From: Eledone cirrhosa
Lineage: Eukaryota
NCBI GenBank assembly: GCA_964016885.1
Contig: OZ024748.1
Coordinates: 7,936,001-8,000,000, forward strand
DNA: 64,000 nt
Direction: 5' to 3'
Positions 14,408 through 58,076 of this stretch are shown piece after piece. The position numbers were made by a program, and so were the translations under genes. The notes below the pieces were generated by a model, which was not told the origin of the DNA, ran no database searches, and was given only the letters and a program-made list of their open reading frames with translations. The stretch's first letter is position 1. The number at the start of each line of letters is the position of its first letter.

Positions 14408-14741
14408 TAGAGGCTCCTGAAGTGGGTACTACTGCCCCAGGGGTGGGTTTGGAAGGTCCAGGGGGTGCTGGGGCCTAAAGGGGTGGTGAGAGCGCTAGAC
14501 ATGATATAATAATATATTATATATCAAATGATACATATCATATATAGTAAAATAAAATATATATAATATTTATTTCTACATATTATATTATTTATTATAT
14601 ATAAATTAACTATTTATTTATTATATATTATTTACAATTTAGGTGTAGGTAGGTATCTCTGGAAATAAGGGTGGAGGGCTCTCTCTGAGCGTATTACGTG
14701 GCCCTGAGGGGAGATGTTGCCCCAACATTTGAGAACCTCTG
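14408..14741. mobile_element. hAT-like MITE
   Basis: TAGAGGCTCCTGAA...TTTGAGAACCTCTG; TSD TATTAAAT/AATTAAAT. Confidence 0.55.
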
Positions 14742-15506
14742 AATTAAATAGTCAACTAGAGTTTTAGAAAAATACTAAATTAATTTAGTAATAATGAATG
14801 TATTAACATGTTTTCAATATTTTTATGGTTAGTTAGGTCTGAGAATTCTTTATTAGTCTTCTCGTCCAAATATCATTTAACAAACAATACAAAAATTAAA
14901 ACACAAAAAAATTACCTCATACGTCAACAGAAAATATATTTTGGTGGGGACAATTCACTCCGCTCAGCGTATATTCCTCATAAAAGTTGTAAGTTAAAAA
15001 AATTAAAAATAATAATATTCCTCTTTAGAGTTGTAAGTTTTTTGTTTTTTTTAAATAATAAAAAAAAAGTCTAGCAACCAAAACAAATAATCATACTCAT
15101 ATGACAAAAAAAAAAACAACAAAAAACAAAAAAGAAAAATTGCGTAGAAAGGAAGATGAACTAAAAGAGGATTGGTTGTTGGGAGTGAGCTTAGGTAGTA
15201 AATACTTATTTCATAGAGATACAATAACTGAACAGGTAGCAGTAATTCAAATTGTCGAGAGACAGTTTGGCAATATAAAGGCTTCAGTGAAGGATGTAAA
15301 GGAGAAGACCACAGCAACTAGTATCACAAGTCAGTGGTGACTCGAAATAAGGTCATTACTATATTCGATATATGTAATAGAAAATAGAAGGAAAAAAGCT
15401 GTTTATGGGTAGGAGTTAGAGGAGGGATGTCAGAGAGACTATAACAATTACATGTGAACGCATATATATATATATATATGTGTATGTATGTATATATATA
15501 TATATA

Positions 15507-15593
<87 letters not shown>

Positions 15594-15647
15594 GCACACA
15601 CATATATATATATATATGTATATATATATACATATATATATATATAA

Positions 15648-15757
<110 letters not shown>

Positions 15758-15864
15758 GTATATATATATACACATAAATATGTATATACATATATATACA
15801 TATATATATATACATAAATACACACACACACATATATATATGTGTGTGTATTTATGTATATGTA

Positions 15865-15920
<56 letters not shown>

Positions 15921-16143
15921 TTATATATATATATACATACATATTTATATATATACATACATACTTATATATATATGTACATATAGCTATATACACATAT
16001 ATATAGATATGCATATATTTGTATATACATATTTATGTATATATATATATATATATATACATGTATATACGTACATATATATATCTATATATTAATTCAA
16101 AATATTAATAAATATAGACATTCATGTAATCAAATATATTTTA

Positions 16144-16198
16144 TTATATATATTTCGGAGGTACTGTGCTGTTTCCTCAGTACGTCCTCATCAGATAA
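16144..16198 (-). ncRNA. Minimal type I hammerhead ribozyme motif
   Basis: TTAT-CTGATGA-GGA(C)GTACTG-loop-CAGTAC(C)TCC-GAAA-TATA-TA-TAA. Confidence 0.7.
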
Positions 16199-16254
16199 AA
16201 TATATAAATTGATGTATGACATACCTGATCTGTGTTGATGGCTCAATTCCAGTC

Positions 16255-16286
<32 letters not shown>

Positions 16287-16311
16287 CATACATATATATA
16301 TATATATACAT

Positions 16312-16434
<123 letters not shown>

Positions 16435-16435
16435 G

Positions 16436-16475
<40 letters not shown>

Positions 16476-17099
16476 GAAAACAGGGAGAAAAAGACGATTA
16501 TTAGGAAGAAAAATATATTTTTTTATTTTTATTTTTTCTCTCTTTTTTCTGGGTTAGAAAATGATTAAAACGAAATATTTTACTTTGTGTGAAGTGTTAA
16601 GGTATTAGTTGATTTATTTATTAATTAACAATGGCATTTATTTATTATTTATATATTTAATAATTATCTATTACCGGTTTCAGCATTTTTATGCATTATC
16701 AAATGATAATAATATGTATTGGTGTAAAATGGTGGTGTTGAACATGTTAAGGAAATGTGTGTGTGTCTGTGTGTGTGTATGTGTGTGTGTGTATAATAAT
16801 GAAGTACAAGTCAATAGGTTAGAGCTTACCCCATTTATTTGTTACACAATCGCTGTTATACATATTTTGATGGTAACTGTTATGTTACAGTTATGAGCTC
16901 GTTTTGACGTTTGTGTCAAGAAAGTTAACTATTTTTACTATTAGGATCTATTTCAATCTTAAGTCCCAAATTTCTAAAAATATACTTAATCCCCCTCTTC
17001 TTTCCCTGTAACGTAGTAGTGCTACAGAACCAGGGAATCAGTAGAAAGCCCAAACCTAGAAGTATTTAAAACTTATGACCTAGGCAAAGTACAGAGCAC

Positions 17100-17900
17100 A
17101 CAAACGAAAGAAAAGATTGCGAAAGAATATTACACATTAGATTAGCATAATAAGTTATAGTTAAGTTATTCTTAACTGAACATTAAATGATTTATCAACA
17201 CTAGACAAGAAACACGGGAAAAGAATGACTGCAATTAAATTACCGTAAAACTAGAAAGAGAGTTTATATTCATCCTGAATACAGAGAATGACTGTATTCA
17301 ACTTGATATTTATTATTCATATTCACTGCAGAACTACAAAAATATCTAATAAAACAACGAAAAATAACTCGAATCAAACAAAATGTTGTTTTCTGGCTTT
17401 AAGGAAACCAACAAGTATAAAACAGGTTGAAGTGACAGACACTTATACAAAGAGATTAAACTATAACAGAAAATTTGAACTAGCTACAAAATGCTGTGCT
17501 ACAGCGATTATCAACAACTGGAATGAAAATATTTGTATTCTGATAGATATCATGATACCTTCTTAACAAAACATCGCCCGGGAAGACGGGAAATACTGTC
17601 AAAGTCCAAAGATCTTCAATTTGGAATAAGCAGGATTCTAGGTATAAAAAACAATACTAATAACAACTGGAACACTAATGTTATAAAAACACATACTTGG
17701 GCTCACAACTCCACAGGCAGTCCAACAATTAGCCTTACTAGACTTAGCCTTACCCTCCACAAGACACTTTCTTGTAAAGCAAGCAACTTCCCCCCTGCAT
17801 AGAACGCACATATATATTCACTACTAAATAAAAACACAACCCACATAACATATGCTATAAGAGAAACATGGCAAGAAAGAGAGTAATACATCGTACATGA
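17100..17900 (+). mobile_element. Degenerate R4/Dong-like non-LTR relic (restriction-like endonuclease region)
   Basis: CILIDIMIPS*QNI..EILSKSKDLQFGISRI..QQLALL..LHKTL across frameshifts. Confidence 0.5.
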
Positions 17901-18931
17901 AGCGCAGTCTGTAACTATAATATGACAGGTTTGTGAAGCGTAGTCTGTAACTATAATATGGCAGGTTTGTGAATCGCAGTCTGTAAAAATAATATGGCAG
18001 GTTTTGTGCCAGGGCACTGTTACAGACTACAAGGTGATTGTAGAAGAAACCACCAATCTCAAATTCAAGGATAGGAAGTTCTTGATGAGAGGTTAAACCA
18101 TAACTAGTTGATTAGGATTTTTACTTCCAAATCATGATATTTCTGGTGCAATCTCACATTGCAGTCTGTCGAGCATCTTCTATCATAATTTCAGGTCTAC
18201 CGACACCTTGTCGACCAAAGTAGTGGATGAGCTGTAACTGTAATATAAAGGGCTAACTTTTCTACACCACACTGGGCCACGCTGATTCTCCCTGCTCAGT
18301 ACCTTAATGGTACATGTGTCTGTGGATTACTCATCACCGGAGCCGGCAGAAGACCCATTTATTTATCTGTACCAGTGAGATCAATATAACAATGATAAAT
18401 GATTCTGTTTGAGTCACTTATAAAACAGAGCTCAAATCTATTTCAACAAAACCCAGTTTCGCCTAATTGTTACATTAAACTAAACACGCCCTTATATCGA
18501 ACGAGGAAAGGCGAAAAACTCAGATTACAGTGAAACATGACACCCAGAATAGTTTGATGGTTTCGATTTACATATCTACTAAAACAGATTGACTGGGCTT
18601 GTAAACAGTCTCAGTCACGCGTGTGACACATTTCTTCTGCTATATAACTCTGTGTCTATTTTCTATTCCGTCAGGGGCTGAGAATTTTAAGTTTTCTAAT
18701 GCGGAACTTCTGGTCGAGAACTATAGTTTAAATATGGCGTCTTATTGTTATCTCCATTTTATAATGTGTCAGTACAATCTATATTATAAAATTCACACTC
18801 TAATTAACTAAAGTTTTTTTGATAATTTCGGTTATTGATTGTTTGAACTAGTTTCTATACAAAGACAGGTTGACCTACTTCACTTATATTTGAAGATACT
18901 AAGGACACAAGTTAATGTGACTCACACACAC

Positions 18932-19113
<182 letters not shown>

Positions 19114-19239
19114 CCATAACAAATCACCAAGCCATACTCGAGGACGTAATGTACACGTTAAAAAATATTTGAAAAATAATAGCTTGTTTATCAAATTACA
19201 ACAATTCCAGAATCACTGATTGACAAAGTCGTAAAATAG

Positions 19240-19483
19240 GTGTTTTGCAACATTTTTGATATGACATCGTGTGTTGAAAGAGACATTGTTTTACACACTC
19301 ACTGTTTGGTTTGCTTTTCGCTTCAGTATATTTGTATATTTTTATAAATAATTTAGCTAGCCATCAATGTTTATCATTGATTGACCAACAGTTAGAAATA
19401 TAAATATAAATATAATCTATCAAAGTTCTTTCGTCACACATTTCTGTGACATCTTCAGTAATTATCACTGTTTCCTCCCATTG
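19240..19483 (-). mobile_element. Solo diverged copy of the Penelope 3' non-coding region
   Basis: Shared blocks with 255-570 (atcgtgtgt.gaaa; acacactcactgtttggtt; cattga.tgacc; hammerhead; gtttcctcc). Confidence 0.65.
19419..19462 (-). ncRNA. Minimal type I hammerhead motif, diverged homologue of 511-550
   Basis: ATTA-CTGAAGA-T-GTCACA-GAAATG-TGTGAC-GAAA-GAAC-TT-TGAT; two compensatory stem II pairs versus 511-550. Confidence 0.65.
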
Positions 19484-19770
19484 TGTTTCTATAACAGAGA
19501 CAACAAAAAATTGAAGATATGGACAGTTTAAATCCTGTACTATTCGTATACATATATGAGTTTAGTATACACAGCTGTTTAATTCATGACCGTATGACTG
19601 ATTGTGAATACAACATCCTAATACGCCTTCACAAATACAATTTTTATAATGGTTTTTGTGTAAACCAATATACTATAAAACCTGAAGTTAAAGAATGTTT
19701 GGCGTAGGATATACACTTGTCTAACACACTCTATATTTGTAAGTCATTCACCAAATGACATGTGTTGTAG

Positions 19771-20250
19771 CAAGCCTTTTCTGTGTTCCTCAAATCACAA
19801 TATACACTGGAACAAGCTATTTCTGTGACTCCAAACCCACATACACTATAATAAGCTATTTCTGTGTTCCTCAAATCACATACACTGGAACAAGCTATTT
19901 CTGCGTTCCTCAAATCACATACACTATAACAAGCTATTTCAGTGTTCCTCAAATCACATACACTATAACAAGCTATTTCTGCGTTCCTCAAATCACATAC
20001 ACTATAACAAGCTATTTCTGCGTTCCTCAAATCACATACACTATAACAAGCTATTTCTGCGTTCCTCAAATCACATACACTATAACAAGCTATTTCAGTG
20101 TTCCTCAAATCACATACACTATAACAAGCTATTTCTGCGTTCCTCAAATCACATACACTATAACAAGCTATTTCAGTGTTCCTCAAATCACATACACTAT
20201 AACAAGCTATTTCAGTGTTCCTCAAATCACATAAACTGTAACAAGCTATT
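19771..20250. repeat. 39-bp minisatellite, ~12 copies
   Basis: CAAGCTATTTCTGCGTTCCTCAAATCACATACACTATAA. Confidence 0.95.
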
Positions 20251-21135
20251 TTTGCTTTCATTTTATGCTGGTTCGGCAATCAAAGATGGCAAGTTCTATT
20301 TGTAGTGCAATCATATCTTAATATGTATTTTGGTTAATGTTCCAAATGAAAACAAGTCATTTATGTGACAATATAAGAGCAATATTGTTTACATGAAATA
20401 TATTTATTTATTTCATTTTTTCCAACTTTATTATTTTAACAATGTAAAGCTGAGTTTATAAACAAATAGCAACTGATGACAAAGTAAACAAGATAAAGAA
20501 AAACAGGATCACTTTTAGTCAATTATTTTTGTTTGAAAAGTTCCCAACTTCAGCATTTGTTCATGCTATTATTTTATAGTACATGAAAGAAGACACTCAA
20601 CATTGTTTGACGAAATAAACGTTTAATATGTCTGTTATTTGAAAGTATTTAAATTAGCGGTAGAACTGAAAATGAAATATAAAATAGCTATACACTGATA
20701 GTTTGTGGCATTTGCAAAAGAAGTTCATAATAATATTATTTTCAAATGAAAGTATTGTCTTACTTGTACAATATAAATAGAAATTAATAAAAACCAAAAT
20801 ATTCACACAACAGAAAAATGCATTTTTTTGTTTTTAAATGTTAATGAAGCATTTCATTATAAAACCATTTTGTCGCCATATTGTAAATATTTGATAAAAT
20901 AGTCAGAATAAATAATGCATATAAAATATTTGAAACACAAGCATTTAAAATAATTAATTAGTTAATTAAATGATGATAAAATGGAACCGAGTCATGCTAG
21001 GATTAAACATCAAAAAAATGAAAACTAAATTTATGAGTTGTAAGTTTTGAAATATGTCTTGTATTTCATAAAACATGAACTATCCGCGACATCTATGATC
21101 GCAATTATGGATGGACATCTGTAGATAATATCTAC

Positions 21136-21329
21136 ACACCTGTCAATTCTTCCCGTCCCAAGAGGAGATCTCCCACCCACTTTAGGGTGGCTGCGAGATG
21201 TCTTCTCTTGTGAAAATGGGTATAGATTTCATTATGTAAAATCTCACTATTTTGCCTCATTTCTCCACGTTTTGGGACACTTTATTCATGGTACTCCCCG
21301 TTTGGGTTTTTAGAGGTTGGCAGGTCTGC
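21136..21329 (-). mobile_element. MITE, same family
   Basis: TIRs; flanks TATCTA/CATCTA. Confidence 0.75.
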
Positions 21330-21569
21330 ATCTAATGTCGCAACTATGGGGTCACAATCTAATGGGGCAACTAAGGGTCACATCTAATGGGTCGCGACTA
21401 AGGGTCGCATCTAATGGGTTGCAACTACAGGTGGTTTCTAAGGTCGCAACTGCTGTGGATCACATTTAAAGATTTTTAGACAAATTATCAAAATATCAGT
21501 GGTGTAATTGAATTATTGAATATTATAGCAACAGTATTATAAGACAATAACAACAGTTAGAATAGGATA

Positions 21570-21638
<69 letters not shown>

Positions 21639-22526
21639 AAGAAGAAGAAGAAGAAGAAGAAGAAGAAGAAGAAGAAGAAGAAGAAATAATAAAATAAAGT
21701 ACCAGTAACGCACTGGAGTCGATTTAAGTGACTTTCTTCTTCCCTTCAAATTGCTGGCCTTGTGCCAAATAATGAAACAATTATTAATGCGAAATAATTT
21801 GGAATGTATGTAATTAAAATCCTGATAAAAAGGGTAAGGAGAGAATATACAGATATCTCCTTATAGAGAAAGTCGTGTCCCACCATGCAAGATAAAGTCA
21901 GTGTAATATATACAAAATCGTTCACAATTATATTCTATATGGTTTAATTGTGTCACAGAAAAATTAAACAAGGATGGCAAGCTCTGTTGGAGATGGGGTT
22001 TTTACGAAATATTAACATTCGTTAGGACAATATACATGAAAATATAGGAAATTATATTATATATTCCGTATTAAGTCGGATAAAGATAAAATTAAGTAAA
22101 TATTTATTAACTATAGAAAATATTTGTAGATTTTGAGCAGCATTCTGTAGGAAAGTTGCATCTATAAATGCAGCTAATGAACCATATAATAAATGCAGAA
22201 TACTTTTTCGTGTACTGCAGTGGTAAGGCATAAACTTAGGTATAAACCACACGACTGGACGATTTATTTGGTGCAAGAATGCATGGGAACAGTGAACTCA
22301 TAGCTCTACTAATTGATATTTGATCTGAGAACACCCTATTGGTCCATAATCTAAATAAAAACGACTGGGTTTCATTAAAGACAATTCTCTAATTGGTTTT
22401 AATAATTTGAAATGTACAAACTCGAAAATTATTTTCTTTGTGTAATTACGTAAATTCAACTAAAGTGCATATAATAAAAGAGAAACTTGTTGACGCTGTA
22501 TTCGAATCTAAAATTTCAACACGAGA

Positions 22527-24724
22527 ATACTGTTCTACCATATTATACTGTTCTATCATATACTATTGTTCTACCATATAATACTGTTCTATCATATTAT
22601 ACTATTCTATCATATACTATTGTTCTACCATATAATACTGTTCTACCATATTATACTGTTCTATGATATACTATTGTTCTACCATATAATACTGTTCTAT
22701 CATATAATACTGTTCTACCATATACTATTGTTCTACCATATAATACTGTTCTACCATATTATACTGTTCTACCATATAATACTGTTCTACCATATTATAC
22801 TGTTCTATCATATAATACTGTTCTATCATATAATACTGTTCTACCATATAATACTGTTCTATCATATTATACTGTTCTATTATATAATACTGTTCTATCA
22901 TATAATACTGTTCTACCATATAATACTGTTCTATCATATAATACTGTTCTACCATATAATACTGTTCTACCATATACTACTGTTCTACCATATAATACTG
23001 TTCTATCATATAATACTGTTCTACCATATAATACTGTTCTATCATATAATACTGTTCTACCATATTATACTGTTCTATCATATTATACTGTTCTATCATA
23101 TAATACTGTTCTACCATATAATACTGTTCTACCATATAATACTGTTCTATCATATAATATTGTTCTACCATATAATACTGTTCTATCATATTATACTGTT
23201 CTACCATATAATACTGTTCTATCATATAATATTGTTCTACCATATAATACTGTTCTATCATATTATACTGTTCTACCATATAATACTGTTCTATCATATA
23301 ATACTGTTCTACCATATAATACTGTTCTATCATATTATACTGTTCTACCATATAATACTGTTCTATCATATAATATTGTTCTACCATATAATACTGTTCT
23401 ATCATATTATACTGTTCTACCATATAATACTGTTCTATCATATAATACTGTTCTACCATATAATACTGTTCTATCATATTATACTGTTCTATCATATAAT
23501 ACTGTTCTATCATATTATACTGTTCTACCATATAATACTGTTCTACCATATAATATTGTTCTACCATATGATACTGTTCTGCCATATTATACTGTTCTAC
23601 CATATAATACTGTTCTATCATATTATACTGTTCTATCATATTATACTGTTCTACCATATAATACTGTTCTACCATATAATACTGTTCTATCATATTATAC
23701 TGTTCTACCATATAATACTGTTCTACCATATAATACTGTTCTATCATATAATACTGTTCTATCATATTATACTGTTCTACCATATAATACTGTTCTACCA
23801 TATTATACTGTTCTACCATATAATACTGTTCTATCATATTATACTGTTCTATCATATAATACTGTTCTATCATATTATACTGTTCTATCATATTATACTG
23901 TTCTATCATATAATATTGTTCTATCATATAATACTGTTCTATCATATAATACTGTTCTATCATATAATACTGTTCTATCATATTATACTGTTCTATCATA
24001 TAATACTGTTCTATCATATTATACTGTTCTACCATATTATACTGTTCTATCATATTATACTGTTCTATCATATAATATTGTTCTATCATATTATACTGTT
24101 CTATCATATAATACTGTTCTACCATATTATACTGTTCTATCATATAATATTGTTCTATCATATAATACTGTTCTATCATATAATATTGTTCTATCATATT
24201 ATACTGTTCTATCATATAATATTGTTCTATCATATTATACTGTTCTATCATATTATACTGTTCTATCATATTATACTGTTCTATCATATTATACTGTTCT
24301 ATCATATAATACTGTTCTATCATATAATATTGTTCTATCATATTATACTGTTCTATCATATAATATTGTTCTATCATATTATACTGTTCTACCATATAAT
24401 ACTGTTCTACCATATTATACTGTTCTACCATATTATACTGTTCTATCATATTATACTGTTCTATCATATTATACTGTTCTACCATATAATACTGTTCTAC
24501 CATATTATACTGTTCTATCATATAATATTGTTCTATCATATTATACTGTTCTATCATATAATACTGTTCTATCATATTATACTGTTCTACCATATAATAC
24601 TGTTCTACCATATTATACTGTTCTATCATATAATATTGTTCTATCATATAATACTGTTCTATCATATAATACTGTTCTATCATATTATACTGTTCTATCA
24701 TATAATATTGTTCTATCATATAAT
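22527..24724. repeat. 18-bp minisatellite, ~120 copies
   Basis: ATACTGTTCTAYCATATW. Confidence 0.97.
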
Positions 24725-25137
24725 TGTAGAAATACCATTCTGGAAATAATTGTAACCATATCATTGAACGTAGGTAGATATTTATCACAACGATCTGAAG
24801 GGTTTCAAACCGTCACCCATAATAATAGGGTTTCTCATAACTATTGGTAACACCTGATTTATCTCAAGTAATGAAAGGCACAGATTGGAAATACAACTCA
24901 TTCCTCAGTATGTTAATGGGAGCCATACAGTCGCCATTAAAGTCTCACACTATATTTTATCTAAACCTAAAAACAAAACTAAAACGAATATTCACTTAAC
25001 ATTCTTCACATATTAACTCTATTGAAATAAATCGTTTAACGATTAGCTACTAATTTACTAATTACTTTCAACCATTCGTAGAATCGTAACAAGTTTTATT
25101 TTTAGTTCAAGTTTGTCATTTCAAGCCTCCTCTATTC

Positions 25138-25306
25138 CAGGGTTCCCCAAACCTTTTCAAACGCGGAACAGTTTTTGGTTGAGAAACTTTTAGGAGAACC
25201 CCAAAGTCTAATACTGTTATATGGTCGTAATATAAATATACTCATTTACCTTTTTTTTCACAGAACCCCAGACACTCCTTTGCGGAACCCAGTTTGGGAA
25301 CCACCG
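25138..25306. mobile_element. hAT-like MITE
   Basis: CAGGGTTCCCCAAAC...GTTTGGGAACCACCG TIRs; imperfect 8-bp TSD CTCTATTC/TTCTATTT. Confidence 0.65.
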
Positions 25307-25625
25307 TTCTATTTAATGCCTTTTTCCAATGCGTGTATAATGGAATGTACCTCTACAATTAGTCATCACATTTAAGCTTATTTAACGGAAATTTTAAAAT
25401 TTTTTAAAAGAAGCACTTGGCAAGAATATCGATCGCAATAGTAAGATTGAATTGATACTGATATCACTGATTCCTTATTATAGAAACATTGTATCTGTTT
25501 AGTATTTGCTGGTACTAAGTATAATGACCAATCTTGTAGCACAAGTCTCAAGTATGATAGATATTTCTTAGATATTTAGTTGTATTTTATTATCGTGTTC
25601 ATTATATACTCACGGGTCCCAAATA

Positions 25626-26175
25626 ATAAACGGGGTAGGGCTGGAATAAACGGGGTAGGGCTGGAATAAACGGGGTGGGGTTGGAATAAACGGGGTGGGT
25701 TGGAATAAACGGGGTAGGGCTGGAATAAACGGGGTAGGGCTGGAATAAACGGGGTGGGGTTGGAATAAACGGGGTAGGGCTGGAATAAACGGGGTAGGGT
25801 TGGAATAAACGGGGTAGGGTTGGAATAAACGGGGTGGGGTTGGAATAAACGGAGTAGGGTTGGAATAAACGGGGTGGGGTTGGAATAAACGGAGTAGGGT
25901 TGGAATAAACGGGGTGGGGTTGGAATAAACGGGGTAGGGTTGGAATAAACGGGGTGGGGTTGGAATAAACGGGGTAGGGTTGGAATAAACGGGGTGGGGT
26001 TGGAATAAACGGGGTAGGGTTGGAATAAACGGGGTAGGATTGGAATAAACGGGGTAGGGTTGGAATAAACGGGGTAGAGCTGGAATAAACGGGGTAGGGC
26101 TGGAATAAACGGGGTGGGGTTGGAATAAACGGGGTAGGGTTGGAATAAACGGGGTAGGGTTGGAATAAACGGATG
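25626..26175. repeat. 20-bp G-rich minisatellite, ~27 copies
   Basis: GGAATAAACGGGGTRGGGYT. Confidence 0.97.
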
Positions 26176-26797
26176 GGTTGGCAAATCGGTAATTGTATAG
26201 TGTACATTCGTAAATATGAGATTTCTTATAATGCTCTTCTTTTGTCATATAATGGGGTTTTTTTAATGTAGAATAAAATGATTATTAAATTCTCCAGCTT
26301 CTGTATCAATATGAATCACTTACAATAAAATTTCGCCGGAGATAGATTAGCAAAATCTAATAAGCGGGGGATGGGCGGAGTGTTGGAAAAAATCTGAAAA
26401 ATTAATAAGCGAGGTGGGGAGGATTATTCAAGACCTGAGAGTAAGCAATGTCTACCAACGATACCTTCTGATAGAATCAGAAGAGTTTCGAGTCTATATC
26501 TTAGATCTGCCGTATTTCTCTTTACAAATATTTTCCATTGATTCCTACAATCCCACGTTCGTCTTATTTCCAGTTCCAATACATTCTATATCTTTTTTTT
26601 CTTTTTTTTTTTGCCCTGTAGGCAAATATATTCCTTACCGATGGTATAGAGATCTCTTACTATGGGACATATTAATGTTTCTCCGTTTTTAACTATGATA
26701 CCTAACTGGTTAGCTTTATTTGGTCCCTCTGTATTGAGAAATAAAGAAATCATCATTATCATTATTATTATTTTTATTGTTGTTGTTGTTGTTGTTG

Positions 26798-26834
<37 letters not shown>

Positions 26835-27558
26835 CATTATTATCATCATCATCATCATCATCAGCATTATTATCACCCACATCATTCTCATCAACATGCT
26901 CATTTTCCTCTTCATCATGATTCAGTAATTTTATATTTATTACATATTGTTGCTGCTTTACTGAGCACTGTTCTGTGTGCCTTGGCTATGTGCAGCGGTA
27001 TGTTTTGGTGTCGTTGTTTCTATTGTATTGATACTACTCTACTTAATATACGTGTAATGTCTAGTAATATTATCTTTTTTTATCTACGTATTACTATTGT
27101 GCTACAGTAAATATTTCAGAATAGTATCCTTGTTCCTCTCTGTATTCGTGGCAAATATAATCTTTATTTATAAGATTTAGTTGCTGTATTCTAAATGAAG
27201 TCATTTCTGTTATTGGTTTCTCTTCTGTCTAATCTCGTTAATTACATTCTGACTCCAATTTAAAATATTATAGCTCTAACTTATTACGTGGTCAGCTATA
27301 GTATTGATGTCTACTACATTATTTTTGGGGACGTTTAGCTCTGTTTTTTTTTTTTAGTATTAGTTTAATCAGTCGATAATGTTGCTTAATTATCATCATC
27401 ATCATCATTATTATTATTATTATTATTATTTTGCGCGTTACCACTTCATTACCGAGCGCAGCTCTGTGCGCCTTGGGTATGTGCAGTGTGGTTCTTGGTG
27501 GTGTTTGTTCTATTGTATTGTATTATATTGTATTGCATTGTATTGTTGTTGTTGTTCA

Positions 27559-27599
<41 letters not shown>

Positions 27600-27603
27600 G
27601 TAT

Positions 27604-27655
<52 letters not shown>

Positions 27656-28049
27656 TATTATTCATTATTTGTTTTATATCTATTTAGTAGAAAAAGAGAG
27701 AGAGAGTGTATTATTTATATCACATGTTACTAAGAATTAAATGTAATATCGTTATTGCCCTCATTGCTATCCCCATCACCATATCATACGTAAATAATAT
27801 CCATAACCTGGATCTTATAATCACTGCTTCAATCTCAGTTATCCTTATTTTGTGGAATATTGAATTATACATATTCTCTGAAAGTTAGAGACACAAATCG
27901 TATTCGATCTGATAATTATATAAACAAATTATATACAGTGTTCCACTAACTACACATATGTTTTGGCTGCATAATTCTGTGTTCATTTATGTGATGTATA
28001 ATAGGTATCTTTATATTTTCAGGTGTATATATAAAGATATTAGTTACAT

Positions 28050-57252
<29,203 letters not shown>

Positions 57253-57451
57253 CTGTTAAAAAGAAAGTAGGAATCAAAAGAAATGACATTAAAATTCAGA
57301 GACGTTACATATTCTCAAAATTTCCCTGTTTTCTTAAGACCCACATAGACTTATACTTTTACCATTTCTAAGAAGGACTGAACATAATAGAATCAAATTT
57401 GTTTTCACTCTAACATGGCGGATATGTAAATGCATTCATATATAGTTAATA

Positions 57452-58076
57452 ATTGTTTCTACTTTTGGCACAAGGCCAGCAATTGTCCAGTGCATTACTG
57501 GTACTTTATTTTATCGACCCCGTAAGGATGAAAGGCAAAGTTAACCTCGGCGGGATTTGAACTCAGAATGGCAAGGGCCGTAACTCTATGCGTCAAAGCA
57601 TGGCGTCCGACCCTCTACCGATACTCCCAATCCACCTGGTAGTATCGGTATAGCATCAGACACCATGCTTTGCAGCATAGAGTTATGACCCTTTACGTTC
57701 TGAGTTCAAATCCCGCCGAGGTTAACTTTGCCTTTCATCCTTACGGGGTCGATAAAATAAAGCACCATTAATGTACTGGGGTTGATTTAATTGACTTTCC
57801 CATCCCCCCAAATTGTTGGCCTCGTGTCTAAATCAGGAACCATTATTATTAATATTCGGTTCGTTTGCAAGCAAACAGCCTCGTTACTGAAAAACAAAAA
57901 GGATGATGTTAGTCGTCTTGTATAAATGGCGTTGTGAGGCTGTTTGCTTGTAAATGAACCGAATATTAATAATTGTTTCTACATTTGGCACAAGGCCAGC
58001 AATTATCCCAATGTATTACTGATACTTTATTTTATCGACCCCGTAAGGATGAAAGGCAAAATTAACCGTGGCGGGA
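57452..58076. mobile_element. Three SINE copies in alternating orientation (-,+,-) around a 38-bp-arm hairpin
   Basis: 57452-57635(-), 57638-57840(+), inverted repeat 57845-57973, 57972-58076(-). Confidence 0.8.

Noticed and set aside
22566-24788. 727-aa (FYHIIL)n and 603-aa (MIEQYY)n ORFs
   Set aside because: Both are translations of an 18-bp minisatellite that lacks stops in those frames; no unique flanking coding sequence or splice support
25576-26248. Three overlapping Pro-rich ORFs
   Set aside because: A 20-bp repeat open in all three minus frames; artefact
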